64,000 bases of DNA from a virus (Duplodnaviria > Caudoviricetes), in the IMG/VR virus record IMGVR_UViG_3300021411_000005, positions 11,909-75,908 of that record, one strand, 5' to 3'. The notes beneath the pieces were generated by a model. That model ran no database searches, had not been told where the DNA came from, and worked only from the letters and a program-made list of their open reading frames with translations. The position numbers were made by a program, and so were the translations under genes. Shown one piece after another: positions 1 through 8,393 of this stretch (within the stretch, counting starts at the first letter, position 1; the number at the start of each line of letters is the position of its first letter).

Positions 1-998
1 ACGGCGGCAAAGGACAGGGTGTCCGCGATCTCCCCGAAGGACTGCTGGAACTTCTCCGGGTCGCCGACCACGGCGCAGAAGTCGCGCCGGGACCGGCCGT
101 CGATGATGACCGTCTTGACCGCTTCGGTCTTCCCGGCGCCGGGCACCCCGGTGACCAGGGTGTGAGGCAGTGCGCGCGGGTTCTCCGCGTCGTCGTCCCC
201 CACCACCCAGATGGCCATGTAGGAGCCGTCCGACCGGCCGCCGAAGACCAGCGCGCCGTCCGCGATGGAGGCGCCCGCCAGGGACGGCCCCGTCCAGTGC
301 AGCGTCCTGGCAGAACTCTCCTTCGGCTCGAACGCCAGGAGCACCTGGTCCGCGCGGCCGGGGACAGCCGTCACGGACACTTCGTTCGGGTCCATGCCGA
401 CCGCGCTGGCAATCCGGTCCTTGTCGTTCTGGACGTCCGAAGCCGTGCCCTCACCCGGCTTGAGCTGGACCTTTGCCTCCACCCGGGTAGGGCTCTCCTT
501 CACCTTCTTCGTACGCGCCCCGGCCAGTGCGGACACCCGCTGGAACAGCGGGTCGCGGTGTCCCTGGGCCTTGTCCTCTTCGTGGTGCGGGGACATCGAC
601 GCGTGCCGGATGTTCCAGGCCAGGGACAGGACAACGGACCCGTAGCCCCAGGTGACAGCCATCATGTGGTCCAGCGGACCGGTGGCCGACGCCAGCGCGA
701 ACCAGCCGGTCACCGCTCCGCAGAAGGTCGTGGCCAGCGCCCGGGTGTGCTCATGACGGCGCGACCAGGTCAGGTGTGTGTAGCCGGTCAGGACGACCGC
801 TCCGGCGCCGGTCAGTACCGTCATGACCGGGTCGTCGCTCAACTGCCAGTTGGCCAGCAGCGCTGCGGGCATGGCGGAGCCCGTGATGCCCCAGGGGACC
901 AGGTGCGGGAGCAGCCGGGAACCGGCCAGCTCCGCCACACCCAGACGCTTGGTACGAACGTTCGACCTGCCCTTTTCCTTGCTGCTCACCGTGGTCAC
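1..998 (-). CDS. traB: FtsK/SpoIIIE-family conjugative DNA translocase (TraB-like), 3' end truncated by window edge
   Basis: Not in ORF track; read manually from GTG at 998 overlapping the upstream TGA (GTGA). N-terminal hydrophobic helices (HLVPWGITG..., LSLAWNIRH) and Walker A HTLVTGVPGAGKT; last gene of an spd-tra order typical of Streptomyces plasmids. Confidence 0.8.
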   Translation of the reverse strand, partial: MTTVSSKEKGRSNVRTKRLGVAELAGSRLLPHLVPWGITGSAMPAALLANWQLSDDPVMTVLTGAGAVVLTGYTHLTWSRRHEHTRALATTFCGAVTGWFALASATGPLDHMMAVTWGYGSVVLSLAWNIRHASMSPHHEEDKAQGHRDPLFQRVSALAGARTKKVKESPTRVEAKVQLKPGEGTASDVQNDKDRIASAVGMDPNEVSVTAVPGRADQVLLAFEPKESSARTLHWTGPSLAGASIADGALVFGGRSDGSYMAIWVVGDDDAENPRALPHTLVTGVPGAGKTEAVKTVIIDGRSRRDFCAVVGDPEKFQQSFGEIADTLSFAA

Positions 999-1495
999 CC
1001 CCCTGTCGAAATCGTGAAGCGCTTCGGCTTCGCGGGCTTGTTCCGGCCGTCCATGATCTCCCCGAAGACCTGTTCGAACGTGGTCCAGGCGGCTACGAAA
1101 CCGGCCGCCGCGCTGCCGAAGTCCCCGGCGGAGCCGTTCAGCTTCTTCGTCACCCGGCGCATCTTGAACACCGCACCCCAGGACCGGTTCAGGTGGCCCA
1201 TCTCCTTCGCCCCGGCCTCCAGCTCCCCGGCTGCCAGTGCGGTGACCACAGCCAGGTAGTGGGCCAGCTTCCGGCCGGATTCACAGAACTGGTGGAGGTC
1301 GTGCTGGTCGGTCAGCTCGATGTCGTCCATCGCCTTGACCAGCGCGTCCAGCTTGCTGGAGCCGGACGACCGGCTGGAGCCTCCGCCGTCCGGGATGCCG
1401 TCCATCCGGAGTCCTCTCTCCCGGGCGTCCTTCTCATCCTTCGGACGGCTGCCCCGGGTGCTGTTCTCCCCCGGCTTGATCTTCGGTTCGGCCAT
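995..1495 (-). CDS. Plasmid transfer protein, TraA-like
   Basis: 166 aa, ATG preceded by AAGGAGGA; lies between the DUF2637-like gene and traB with overlapping stop/start. Confidence 0.55.
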   Translation of the reverse strand: MAEPKIKPGENSTRGSRPKDEKDARERGLRMDGIPDGGGSSRSSGSSKLDALVKAMDDIELTDQHDLHQFCESGRKLAHYLAVVTALAAGELEAGAKEMGHLNRSWGAVFKMRRVTKKLNGSAGDFGSAAAGFVAAWTTFEQVFGEIMDGRNKPAKPKRFTISTGG

Positions 1496-1509
1496 GGTCC
1501 TGTCCTCCT

Positions 1510-2370
1510 TCACGCTGACTGAGCCAGAGCGCTGCGCGCCCGGCGGATGCTGGTGTTGATCGTGTTCGGCTTGGTGTCCTCACCGAACTCCGTCCGGACC
1601 ATGTCCTTCAGGACGCTGTCCGGGGTGTCCTCACTGCGGGACAGGATGTCCTCCACGAAGGACTTCATCGAGCCCCCGGCAACGGTGCGGACGCGCGGCG
1701 CCGGGACAGTGTCCCGGGACACGGCCGGTACCGGCGGGACAGCGGCCGGGGACACCGCGGCGGGGACAGGGACAGCCGGAGGCAGGACGGGCGGGACGGG
1801 GACAGCGGGACCGGCGTCCTCTGTGACAGCCGGGCTGTCCTGCGGGACATCCTCCGTGGCGCTGTCCCGGGACAGGACACGGGACACGGCGGTGAGGACA
1901 GCCGGGGACGCGGCCAGGTGGAGCAGGTGGCCGAAGACCAGGGCGGGGACACAGGACACGGTGACCATCAGGGTCTGCCGGTAGGTCCAGCCGTCCCCGG
2001 GCTCCCAGCCGGAGCTGTAGAGATGCGCGACCGGCTGAGCGGCCATGGCCGCGGTGATGGACAGGACGGCGCCTACGACGGCCGTGCGCTTGCCCGGGGC
2101 GCCCTTGTCGCGCTTGGTGGCCACGACGGCCGCCACACCCGCGTACATCGTCAGGACGGCGGGCATGCCCCAGGCCAGTTCCTTGTTCCAACCGGCCAGG
2201 TGCGCCAGGTAATGCTCTCCCGGCGCGCACATCACCAGGACGATGACAGCGACGGCCGGGCGGACCCAGTCCTGGATCCAGGACACCCAGCGGACGCTGT
2301 CCTGGGGGATGTCCTTGTCCTTGCGGGTGTCCTTGGTGTCCCGGTTCTTACGGGACAGTCGGTTCTTCAT
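1510..2370 (-). CDS. DUF2637/Spd-like membrane protein with C-terminal helical (HTH-like) domain
   Basis: About four hydrophobic segments (APGEHYLAHLAGW...), a V/P/A-rich linker and a C-terminal helical domain (SMKSFVEDIL...NTINTSIRRAR); first gene of the transfer operon. Confidence 0.7.
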   Translation of the reverse strand: MKNRLSRKNRDTKDTRKDKDIPQDSVRWVSWIQDWVRPAVAVIVLVMCAPGEHYLAHLAGWNKELAWGMPAVLTMYAGVAAVVATKRDKGAPGKRTAVVGAVLSITAAMAAQPVAHLYSSGWEPGDGWTYRQTLMVTVSCVPALVFGHLLHLAASPAVLTAVSRVLSRDSATEDVPQDSPAVTEDAGPAVPVPPVLPPAVPVPAAVSPAAVPPVPAVSRDTVPAPRVRTVAGGSMKSFVEDILSRSEDTPDSVLKDMVRTEFGEDTKPNTINTSIRRARSALAQSA

Positions 2371-2477
2371 GGTGTCCTCCGTATCCGGGACAGGATTTAA
2401 TTAAGTTGTCCCATCTAAAGGGACAGCGCCCGGACTGTCAAGGACAGCCGGGCGCCGGATACGGAGGACAGGGACAG
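2371..2477 (-). promoter_or_regulatory. Probable promoter/operator region of the spd-tra operon
   Basis: AT-rich core TTTAATTAA flanked by inverted GGGACA...TGTCCC in the only intergenic gap upstream of the transfer genes. Confidence 0.5.
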
Positions 2478-2831
2478 TCAGTCCCGTGGATGGATCTTCA
2501 GTGTGTCCGGGTCCGCTTCTTCTGTCCCCCAGTCCCTGTCCCGCAGGACGGGGACACCGCGGAAGGACACGGACTGTCCTGCGGGACTGTCCTCCTCCGC
2601 GATCCAGGACACCGCGTCCTCCGACAGCCCGTCCCGCAGTCCCGGGTTGTCCCGGGCCAGTGTTGTCACCATGGAGGACAGCCGGGACGCGGCCAGCTCC
2701 GCAGCCGCCCGGAGACCGGCGAAGGATGTCACCAGGCTGTTGACCGCTTCCGCCGTCCGGCGCAGCCGCGCTTCTTCGGCGGCCTTCAGTGCGTCCGGGT
2801 CAACGGTCCAGCGGTGGACCATGGGGTCCAT
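2478..2831 (-). CDS. Hypothetical protein (117 aa)
   Basis: ATG overlaps upstream TGA (TGATG); MDPMVHRWTVDP... Confidence 0.6.
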   Translation of the reverse strand: MDPMVHRWTVDPDALKAAEEARLRRTAEAVNSLVTSFAGLRAAAELAASRLSSMVTTLARDNPGLRDGLSEDAVSWIAEEDSPAGQSVSFRGVPVLRDRDWGTEEADPDTLKIHPRD

Positions 2832-3082
2832 CAGATCCTCACCCCGTGCGGCATCTCGGTGTAGACGAAGGACGCCACGTCGGCCGTATCCGGATTGATG
2901 TCCCCGTGCCGGGACATGAAGGACAGGACCACCCGGAGCACCTGTCCCGGCTTGTCCTTCATGTCCATTCCAGCTTCCGATGCCTGGTGTCCCTGGGCCG
3001 TGGTCACGCTGCCGTCCGGGTTGTTGATCACCACGGTGTAGACGTAGATGTTCCGGTCGTCGTAGAACGGTCCCGCTTCCAT
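2831..3082 (-). CDS. Hypothetical protein (83 aa)
   Basis: ORF track; RBS upstream; translational coupling with the next gene. Confidence 0.6.
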   Translation of the reverse strand: MEAGPFYDDRNIYVYTVVINNPDGSVTTAQGHQASEAGMDMKDKPGQVLRVVLSFMSRHGDINPDTADVASFVYTEMPHGVRI

Positions 3083-3096
3083 GCTTTCCTCGTTTC

Positions 3097-3474
3097 CTAG
3101 GTTCTCTCCGCTGCACGCCGGGCTTCGGCGTCCCCGATCAGGTCACTGATCTCCGCCAGGTAGAACTGGAGGACGGCGCGGTCCTTCGGAGCCATCGAGT
3201 CCAGGAACCCGCTGGCCTTGTCGTAGTCCTCCTGGATGACGGCCATGAGGATCTCCGTCTCCAGGAAGACCGGCACCGAAGTGGCCGTCCGCATCCGACG
3301 GACCTCCTCCGGGGAGGCGTCCAGTCCGGCCACGTCGGCCGCTATGTCGTGCGGACCCGGCCGTCCGGTGAGCTTCCGGGCCCTGGCTTCGTACGCCCGG
3401 AGCCGGTCATGCGCCTTCTGCGTCCGCCACCACGGCTTCGGGGTGTCGCCTTCAGATGCTCCGAAGCTGTTCAC
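3097..3474 (-). CDS. Hypothetical protein (125 aa)
   Basis: GTG at 3474 with GGAGG RBS, overlapping the upstream stop. Confidence 0.6.
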   Translation of the reverse strand: MNSFGASEGDTPKPWWRTQKAHDRLRAYEARARKLTGRPGPHDIAADVAGLDASPEEVRRMRTATSVPVFLETEILMAVIQEDYDKASGFLDSMAPKDRAVLQFYLAEISDLIGDAEARRAAERT

Positions 3475-3614
3475 CGGGTGCCCTCCAGCCACTTGAGGTA
3501 CGGGTCCAGGAACCAGCCGGGTTCGCGGCCGGAGACCATCCACACCAGAAGCTCCACGACGGCTCCGGCCGATATCACCGGGATGAGCGTCAGCCTCTTC
3601 AAGAAACCGGTCAC
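3471..3614 (-). CDS. Small membrane peptide (47 aa)
   Basis: Read manually: MTGFLKRLTLIPVISAGAVVELLVWMVSG...; GTGA overlaps at both ends. Confidence 0.55.
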   Translation of the reverse strand: MTGFLKRLTLIPVISAGAVVELLVWMVSGREPGWFLDPYLKWLEGTR

Positions 3615-4270
3615 ATCGGTACCCCGATCCCTGCCGTGTTGCCCTTGTGGACGTGCCAGAACCAGGTCTTCCGGTCCAGGTGCTCGAACTTCGCCCCGGC
3701 GTCCAGGAGCCTGATCAGATAGCCTTCGTCCTCCCCGCGGTACCGGCCGTCGGCCAGGTGGACCCCCTCCGGGAAGCCGCCGATTTCCTTCACCGGGCCG
3801 GTCCGCACCAGGTGGGTCATCGGGATGAACGACCCCTGGCGCCGCAGGTGCGCCTCCTGGTCGGCTCCGAACCGGATCCCCCAGGGAAGTGTGAGCTGGC
3901 CCTGATAGGTGACCGCGGTCGGGTCCACCCCGCCCACCATCCTCGGCACCGGGTAGACCAGGGTCGTCCCCGGGTTCCTGGTCAGGATCCGCATGCAGGA
4001 GATCAGGTGCGTGTCCATCAGTTCGTCGTCGTCGTCCAGCCAGGCCACGACGTCGGTATGCACCCGGGCCAGCGCCCGGTTGCGCGCCTGCGCGGCGCCG
4101 GTCCGCAGGCTGTCACGCTCCACCACCACCTGGTCCGGCTTCCGGCGCTGGGCCCGTACGGACGCCAGCGCCCGCTCCAGCAGCTTCTCCCGGCCGGGAA
4201 TGGTCGGGATGACCACCGCCACAGTCAGCCGCTCCGGTGCCCGTCCGGCGCGCCTCCTGGCCTCACCCAT
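3611..4270 (-). CDS. Glycosyltransferase, GT-A fold (GT2-like)
   Basis: VAVVIPTIPGR...GAAQARNRALARVHTDVVAWLDDDD (DxD), GEDEGY, WFWHVH. Confidence 0.9.
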   Translation of the reverse strand: MGEARRRAGRAPERLTVAVVIPTIPGREKLLERALASVRAQRRKPDQVVVERDSLRTGAAQARNRALARVHTDVVAWLDDDDELMDTHLISCMRILTRNPGTTLVYPVPRMVGGVDPTAVTYQGQLTLPWGIRFGADQEAHLRRQGSFIPMTHLVRTGPVKEIGGFPEGVHLADGRYRGEDEGYLIRLLDAGAKFEHLDRKTWFWHVHKGNTAGIGVPM

Positions 4271-4670
4271 GGTTCTCGCCTCCTTCGTCCTTGACGACCG
4301 GCTCCATGCCGGTCACGGTCACCGTTGCAGACCCGTCCGGGTTCATACGGAAGTCCCCGATCCGGAGACCGACGGCATCCGGATGGGCCGTCCTCACCTC
4401 CCGGACCATGTCACTGATGAACTTCCCGATTGGGAACCGGGCGGGGTCTTCGTCGGCAGGGGCCCTGACCGAATAGTCCTTGATCTCCACGGGGATGCGC
4501 TTGGCGGTCTTCTGGACCATCACGCGGTGCCCGGTGAAATCGCTGTGCTCGGTAGCCCAGCGGTTCCGTTCGTCCGGGTCGCTGAAGGGCTGGGGCAGCG
4601 GGGATCCGGAGCAGTCCACGCACAGCGCCAGCCACCAGGTGACGTCCATGACGGCAGGGGTATCGGCCAT
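4263..4670 (-). CDS. Hypothetical protein with CxxC...H motif
   Basis: ORF track; LCVDC...WATEHSDFTGH. Confidence 0.6.
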   Translation of the reverse strand: MADTPAVMDVTWWLALCVDCSGSPLPQPFSDPDERNRWATEHSDFTGHRVMVQKTAKRIPVEIKDYSVRAPADEDPARFPIGKFISDMVREVRTAHPDAVGLRIGDFRMNPDGSATVTVTGMEPVVKDEGGENHG

Positions 4671-4672
4671 CG

Positions 4673-5569
4673 TCAGTCCTCCCAGGGCATGGCGCGGTTG
4701 ATCCCCTGGGCCAGGCGGATCTCCGGTACGTAGATCGAGTCCATCCGGCCGGTGTAGCCGACGCGGTACGCCACGCCGGTCGGCTTGCCGGTCAGCTCCT
4801 GGACCCGCGGGCTGTACCGCGCCTGCGCGGTGACCCGGGCAGCCAGGTCACGGAAGGACGTCGGCACGCCGTTGCAGAGGTTCACCGGTAGCGGCGTCCC
4901 GTCCCCGGCCACTGCCAGGGCGCCCTTCACCACGTCGTCCACGTGGATGAAGTCCCGGACGCAGGACCCGCACCAGATGTCGAACGGGTCGTCCCGGCGC
5001 AGCGCCCGCTCCACGAAGGCCGGGAAGGGATAGGTGGTGTCCTGGTCCTCTCCGTAGCCGGAGAACGGCCGTACGACCGTGACCGGAACTCCGGCCGCCC
5101 GCAGCTCCGCGGCCAGGATCTCCCCGGTCAGCTTGGACCAGCCGTACACCTGGTCGGGCTTACCCCGGAACGGCTGGCCGGGGCCGGTCAGGTACTCCTT
5201 CAGCCAGCCGTATTCGTCGTCCTCCTGGAACTCCACCGGGTAGACCGCGGAGCTGGAGAGGTAGAGCACCCGGCCGGGCTTCGCCACGGCGGCCCAGCGG
5301 AACATCTCCGCGTCCAGGCTGAAGTTCACCGCGGTCTCCAGCGGGGAGCCGTCGATGACCTCCCGGCCGCCGACCACGGCAGCCGCGTGGACCACCAGGT
5401 CGTAGCGGCCGGGCACCCGCGCTCCGATGTCCCGGCCGAAGTAGCGTCGGCAGTCCTGGGACGGCGCCCGCTTGATGTCCAGACCGGTCACGTCCCAGCC
5501 GCGCGCCTCCAGCTCCGCCTTGAAATGCCGTCCCAGGAACCCGCGGTCCCCGGTCACCAGTGCCTTCAC
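4673..5569 (-). CDS. NAD-dependent NDP-sugar epimerase/dehydratase (extended SDR)
   Basis: Start re-picked at GTG (VKALVTGDRGFLG) with GGAGG RBS; LSSSAVY, YGWSK (YxxxK), RPFSGYG, RDFIHVDD. Confidence 0.9.
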   Translation of the reverse strand: MKALVTGDRGFLGRHFKAELEARGWDVTGLDIKRAPSQDCRRYFGRDIGARVPGRYDLVVHAAAVVGGREVIDGSPLETAVNFSLDAEMFRWAAVAKPGRVLYLSSSAVYPVEFQEDDEYGWLKEYLTGPGQPFRGKPDQVYGWSKLTGEILAAELRAAGVPVTVVRPFSGYGEDQDTTYPFPAFVERALRRDDPFDIWCGSCVRDFIHVDDVVKGALAVAGDGTPLPVNLCNGVPTSFRDLAARVTAQARYSPRVQELTGKPTGVAYRVGYTGRMDSIYVPEIRLAQGINRAMPWED

Positions 5570-5676
5570 AGCCGCCTCCACAGATCCCGCTGGCTCTCCA
5601 GTGCCGACCGCCAGTCGGCAGCCGTCCGGCGGACGCCGGTTATCCACTCCCGGGCCCATGCCCGGACGGTCCTCAC
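5566..5676 (-). CDS. Small hypothetical protein (36 aa)
   Basis: GTGA overlaps at both ends fill the operon gap. Confidence 0.35.
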   Translation of the reverse strand: MRTVRAWAREWITGVRRTAADWRSALESQRDLWRRL

Positions 5677-5900
5677 CAGCCCTCCCGGAAGTGCGGGGCC
5701 CGCGGCGACAGGTACCGATGATCCCCCAGCGGCCGGGCTCTCTTCCAGTCCAGCCGGGGGTGGAGGGTCTTCGGCCCGTAGCAGTGTCGGCAGATCCACC
5801 GGCGCCAGCCCTGGGGCTCGAACCCGTGCGGTTCGACCTGGTTCTCCCCTGCTCCCGTACGGCGTGTCCTGGCCACCCTGGCGTTCTCCCAGCCGGTCAC
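5673..5900 (-). CDS. Small CxxC protein (75 aa)
   Basis: GTG overlapping the GT stop; WICRHCYG. Confidence 0.5.
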   Translation of the reverse strand: MTGWENARVARTRRTGAGENQVEPHGFEPQGWRRWICRHCYGPKTLHPRLDWKRARPLGDHRYLSPRAPHFREGW

Positions 5901-6496
5901 CAGCGGTCCCCGCTTCCGGACGTGTTGCCGTCGTGCCAGTTCCAGCACCAGGTCCGGCCGCTGTGATGGACGAACTTGGCCCCTTCGTTCAGGCACTTGA
6001 TCCACATACCCCAGTCCTCACACGGGTTGGAAGGGTCTCCGCGGTGCTGGAATCCGCCGACGTGCCGGAGGAGCTGCGTCTTTGCCAGGACCGTGATCGG
6101 GATGTAGTTCTGGGCACCCCGGATCAAGTCGGCGTCGAACGGCTGGCCCTCCCGCTCCGGCCAGGGATCCCAGCCGCGCGGTACGTCGAACCACGGATAG
6201 ACCACGTCCGCCGCGGTGCTCCGTGCAGTCTCCAGGAGACTCTGGACGTGCCGGGGGTACCAGACGTCGTCCGAATCCAGGAAGGCTGTCCACTCCGTCT
6301 GTACGGTCTCCAGGGCGCGGTTCCTGGTGACCGCCGCGCCGTCGTGCGTGCTGTCCACCGCAACGGCCACGGCGGCCACTGCGACGGTCTGGGACATGAC
6401 GCTGGACAGCGCCCGGGACAGCATCCCGTTCGCCAGGTTCGGCAGGTGTGCCGGGATGACCGCCGTGACCTCTCCGGCCCGGTACCGGCGCGCCAT
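5897..6496 (-). CDS. Glycosyltransferase, GT-A fold (GT2-like)
   Basis: VTAVIPAH...GAAVTRNRALETVQTEWTAFLDSDD, CEDWGMW, WCWNWH; paralogous to 3611-4270. Confidence 0.9.
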   Translation of the reverse strand: MARRYRAGEVTAVIPAHLPNLANGMLSRALSSVMSQTVAVAAVAVAVDSTHDGAAVTRNRALETVQTEWTAFLDSDDVWYPRHVQSLLETARSTAADVVYPWFDVPRGWDPWPEREGQPFDADLIRGAQNYIPITVLAKTQLLRHVGGFQHRGDPSNPCEDWGMWIKCLNEGAKFVHHSGRTWCWNWHDGNTSGSGDRW

Positions 6497-7149
6497 CAGT
6501 ACGCCGTCCACATCTGGAAGCGGTAGACGTCGGCCGACACCGGGGTGAAGATCCGGTGATCCGTGACCCGCCACCCGGCCTCATGAAGCATGCTGCTCAC
6601 GGCTTCGGCGTCCCAGCCCCAGTAGTGCTCCACGTTGCCCCCGCCGTCGGCGCTGGGCTGCTCCCCGTCCGGCGTGGTGAGCAGGAGGTAACGGGACTTC
6701 TCGCGCGCTGCCCGGAGATAGGCGTCCGGGTCGTCCAGGTGCTCCAGCGTTTCGGAGGAAACGAACAGGTCCACCGGGCGGTCCTCCAGGGACGCCATGG
6801 TCTGGTCCAGCGTCCCTTCCCAGAAGACGATCGACTCCGGCCAGGAGCCGTTCCGGTCAAGGGAGGAGACGATCAGTTCCTTCGGGATGTTGACGTCCCC
6901 CAGGACGACGCGGTGGATACGCGCACCCGGGGTCTCCACGATCCCGCGCGCCACGGCGCCGTCCCCGCAGGACAGATCCGCCACGGAGTTGACCAGGCCG
7001 TCGGTCAGGAGCCCGCGCGCGAAGTCCACCGTGGCCGCCACCCGCTCCACGTGGTCGGGCCACCGGTCGTGGTGGTAACCGCCGGGGTAGCGCTCTGAGT
7101 AGAAGGCCGCGGTGTCGGCGTGCACCGGACGGAGCCTGACGCGCATCAC
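6496..7149 (-). CDS. Class I SAM-dependent methyltransferase
   Basis: Motif I VADLSCGDG, SSETLEHLDDP, EHYWGWD; coupled to GT genes on both sides. Confidence 0.85.
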   Translation of the reverse strand: MMRVRLRPVHADTAAFYSERYPGGYHHDRWPDHVERVAATVDFARGLLTDGLVNSVADLSCGDGAVARGIVETPGARIHRVVLGDVNIPKELIVSSLDRNGSWPESIVFWEGTLDQTMASLEDRPVDLFVSSETLEHLDDPDAYLRAAREKSRYLLLTTPDGEQPSADGGGNVEHYWGWDAEAVSSMLHEAGWRVTDHRIFTPVSADVYRFQMWTAY

Positions 7150-7823
7150 CGGGCGTACTCCGCCCGGACCCGCTCCACGGCGCCGTCCAGCTCATCCCGC
7201 TCGAACTGGAGCCAGCGCGTCCGGTCGGCGCTGTCCACCGCGGGGGCGTTGGCCTCCCGGTAGCCGTCGTCCATCTCCGCCTTGCCCGCGGCCGGGTGGA
7301 TGTGCTCGATGGTGACGTCCGGCAGGTAGACCAGACCCCCCAGCCGCTCACCCAGCACCTTCCAGTAGTTGTCCAGGTACAGGTGGACCATCCCGGACGG
7401 GACCATCGAGCGGAGCGCGCGGACGATCCCCGCCTGCATGAAGACGGCTGTCGGCAGGTTGGCGCCCTGGAGCAGGTCGTCCCCGTAGACGATCCGGGGG
7501 TCCGGGCTGTCCAGTGCGTTCAGGACGGCCGTGTCCCAGCCGTAGCTGCGCGGGAGGTGGTCGTCCCCCATGAACCCCAGCGCGTCGTAGCTGTCCATGT
7601 ACCGGACGGCCACGCTGTTGAGCGTCGGGCCCAGCCGCTCCCGGTGGACCACCTCCACACGCATCAGGCCCAGCCGCAGATAGTCCATCGCCTTCGGGTC
7701 GTCGTCGTCCACCACGTACAGGAAGTCCGTCTGGCTGTCGGCCGCCGTGTACAGGCGTGCCTTCTCCAGCCGGGCTGCGTTCTCCGGCCGTCCCCGGGTG
7801 GGGACGATCACCAGCATCTTCAT
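7146..7823 (-). CDS. Glycosyltransferase, GT-A fold
   Basis: MLVIVPTRGRP, YVVDDDD, GFMGDDHLPR, HLYLDN, IEHIHP. Confidence 0.85.
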   Translation of the reverse strand: MKMLVIVPTRGRPENAARLEKARLYTAADSQTDFLYVVDDDDPKAMDYLRLGLMRVEVVHRERLGPTLNSVAVRYMDSYDALGFMGDDHLPRSYGWDTAVLNALDSPDPRIVYGDDLLQGANLPTAVFMQAGIVRALRSMVPSGMVHLYLDNYWKVLGERLGGLVYLPDVTIEHIHPAAGKAEMDDGYREANAPAVDSADRTRWLQFERDELDGAVERVRAEYAR

Positions 7824-7826
7824 GGG

Positions 7827-8105
7827 TCAGTTCCTCGTTTCCTCGGTCTGTCCGATCGCGTTCATCCGCTGCTCCAGGTCCGCCATCGAGCGGGCCAGGG
7901 TGAGGACCATCCGGGAGCTGACCATGGCGGACATCGGCTGGCCCGTGATCAGGCACAGCTCCGCGATGGCCAGCGCGTTCTCCTCCCCGTACTCGAACCC
8001 GGAGATGAACCAGCTCCATGTACGGGATGACATGAACTGGCCCGGTTCCGCGTTCTCCGCCAGGAAGTTCCGGATCTCCTGCTCCGTCGGCCGGTTCAGG
8101 GGCAC
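7827..8105 (-). CDS. Hypothetical protein (92 aa)
   Basis: GTG with GGAG RBS overlapping the upstream gene end. Confidence 0.5.
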   Translation of the reverse strand: MPLNRPTEQEIRNFLAENAEPGQFMSSRTWSWFISGFEYGEENALAIAELCLITGQPMSAMVSSRMVLTLARSMADLEQRMNAIGQTEETRN

Positions 8106-8347
8106 GGCTGCTCCGTTTCGGTGCTCCAGACGGAAAAGCCGGTCCCGGACAGGCAGCGCTTCACCCGGCCGACCTTCCGGAGCCGGTCCAGGGCCAGGTA
8201 GGTCAGGCTGGGGTCGATACCCAGAGCAGCCGCAATGGCGTTCCGGGTGTCTGCTCCGTGCTCCTCCAGGTAGCGGAACACCGCGTCGTCCCGCTGGATG
8301 CTCTCCTCCGGCCTGGGGCGACCCCGGCGGGATGTCTCTTCCGTCAT
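8096..8347 (-). CDS. Winged-helix DNA-binding protein
   Basis: VFRYLEEHGADTRNAIAAALGIDPSLTYLALDRLRKVGRV. Confidence 0.75.
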   Translation of the reverse strand: MTEETSRRGRPRPEESIQRDDAVFRYLEEHGADTRNAIAAALGIDPSLTYLALDRLRKVGRVKRCLSGTGFSVWSTETEQPCP

Positions 8348-8393
8348 TGGCCTGTTCCTTTCGTTTGTTCGATCCGCTTAACAATAGACCAGG

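Larger units (their letters stand above)
1600..2960. repeat. Dense array of GGGACA/TGTCCC hexamers, including palindromes GTGTCCCGGGACAC (~1709-1722) and CTGTCCCGGGACAG (~1862-1875)
   Basis: About 25 exact copies counted by eye in ~1.35 kb versus roughly 1 expected at this base composition; spans three ORFs and the intergenic gap. Confidence 0.9.

Noticed and set aside
162-1259. 365-aa plus-strand ORF at the window start
   Set aside because: Shadow of the minus-strand traB frame, which carries the Walker A motif and coupled start but is missing from the track because it has no stop in the window
3611-7823. Host exopolysaccharide or antibiotic cluster captured by mis-assembly
   Set aside because: Genes are coupled to and interleaved with small phage-type ORFs, related enzymes recur in the late region, and there is no flippase, polymerase or PKS
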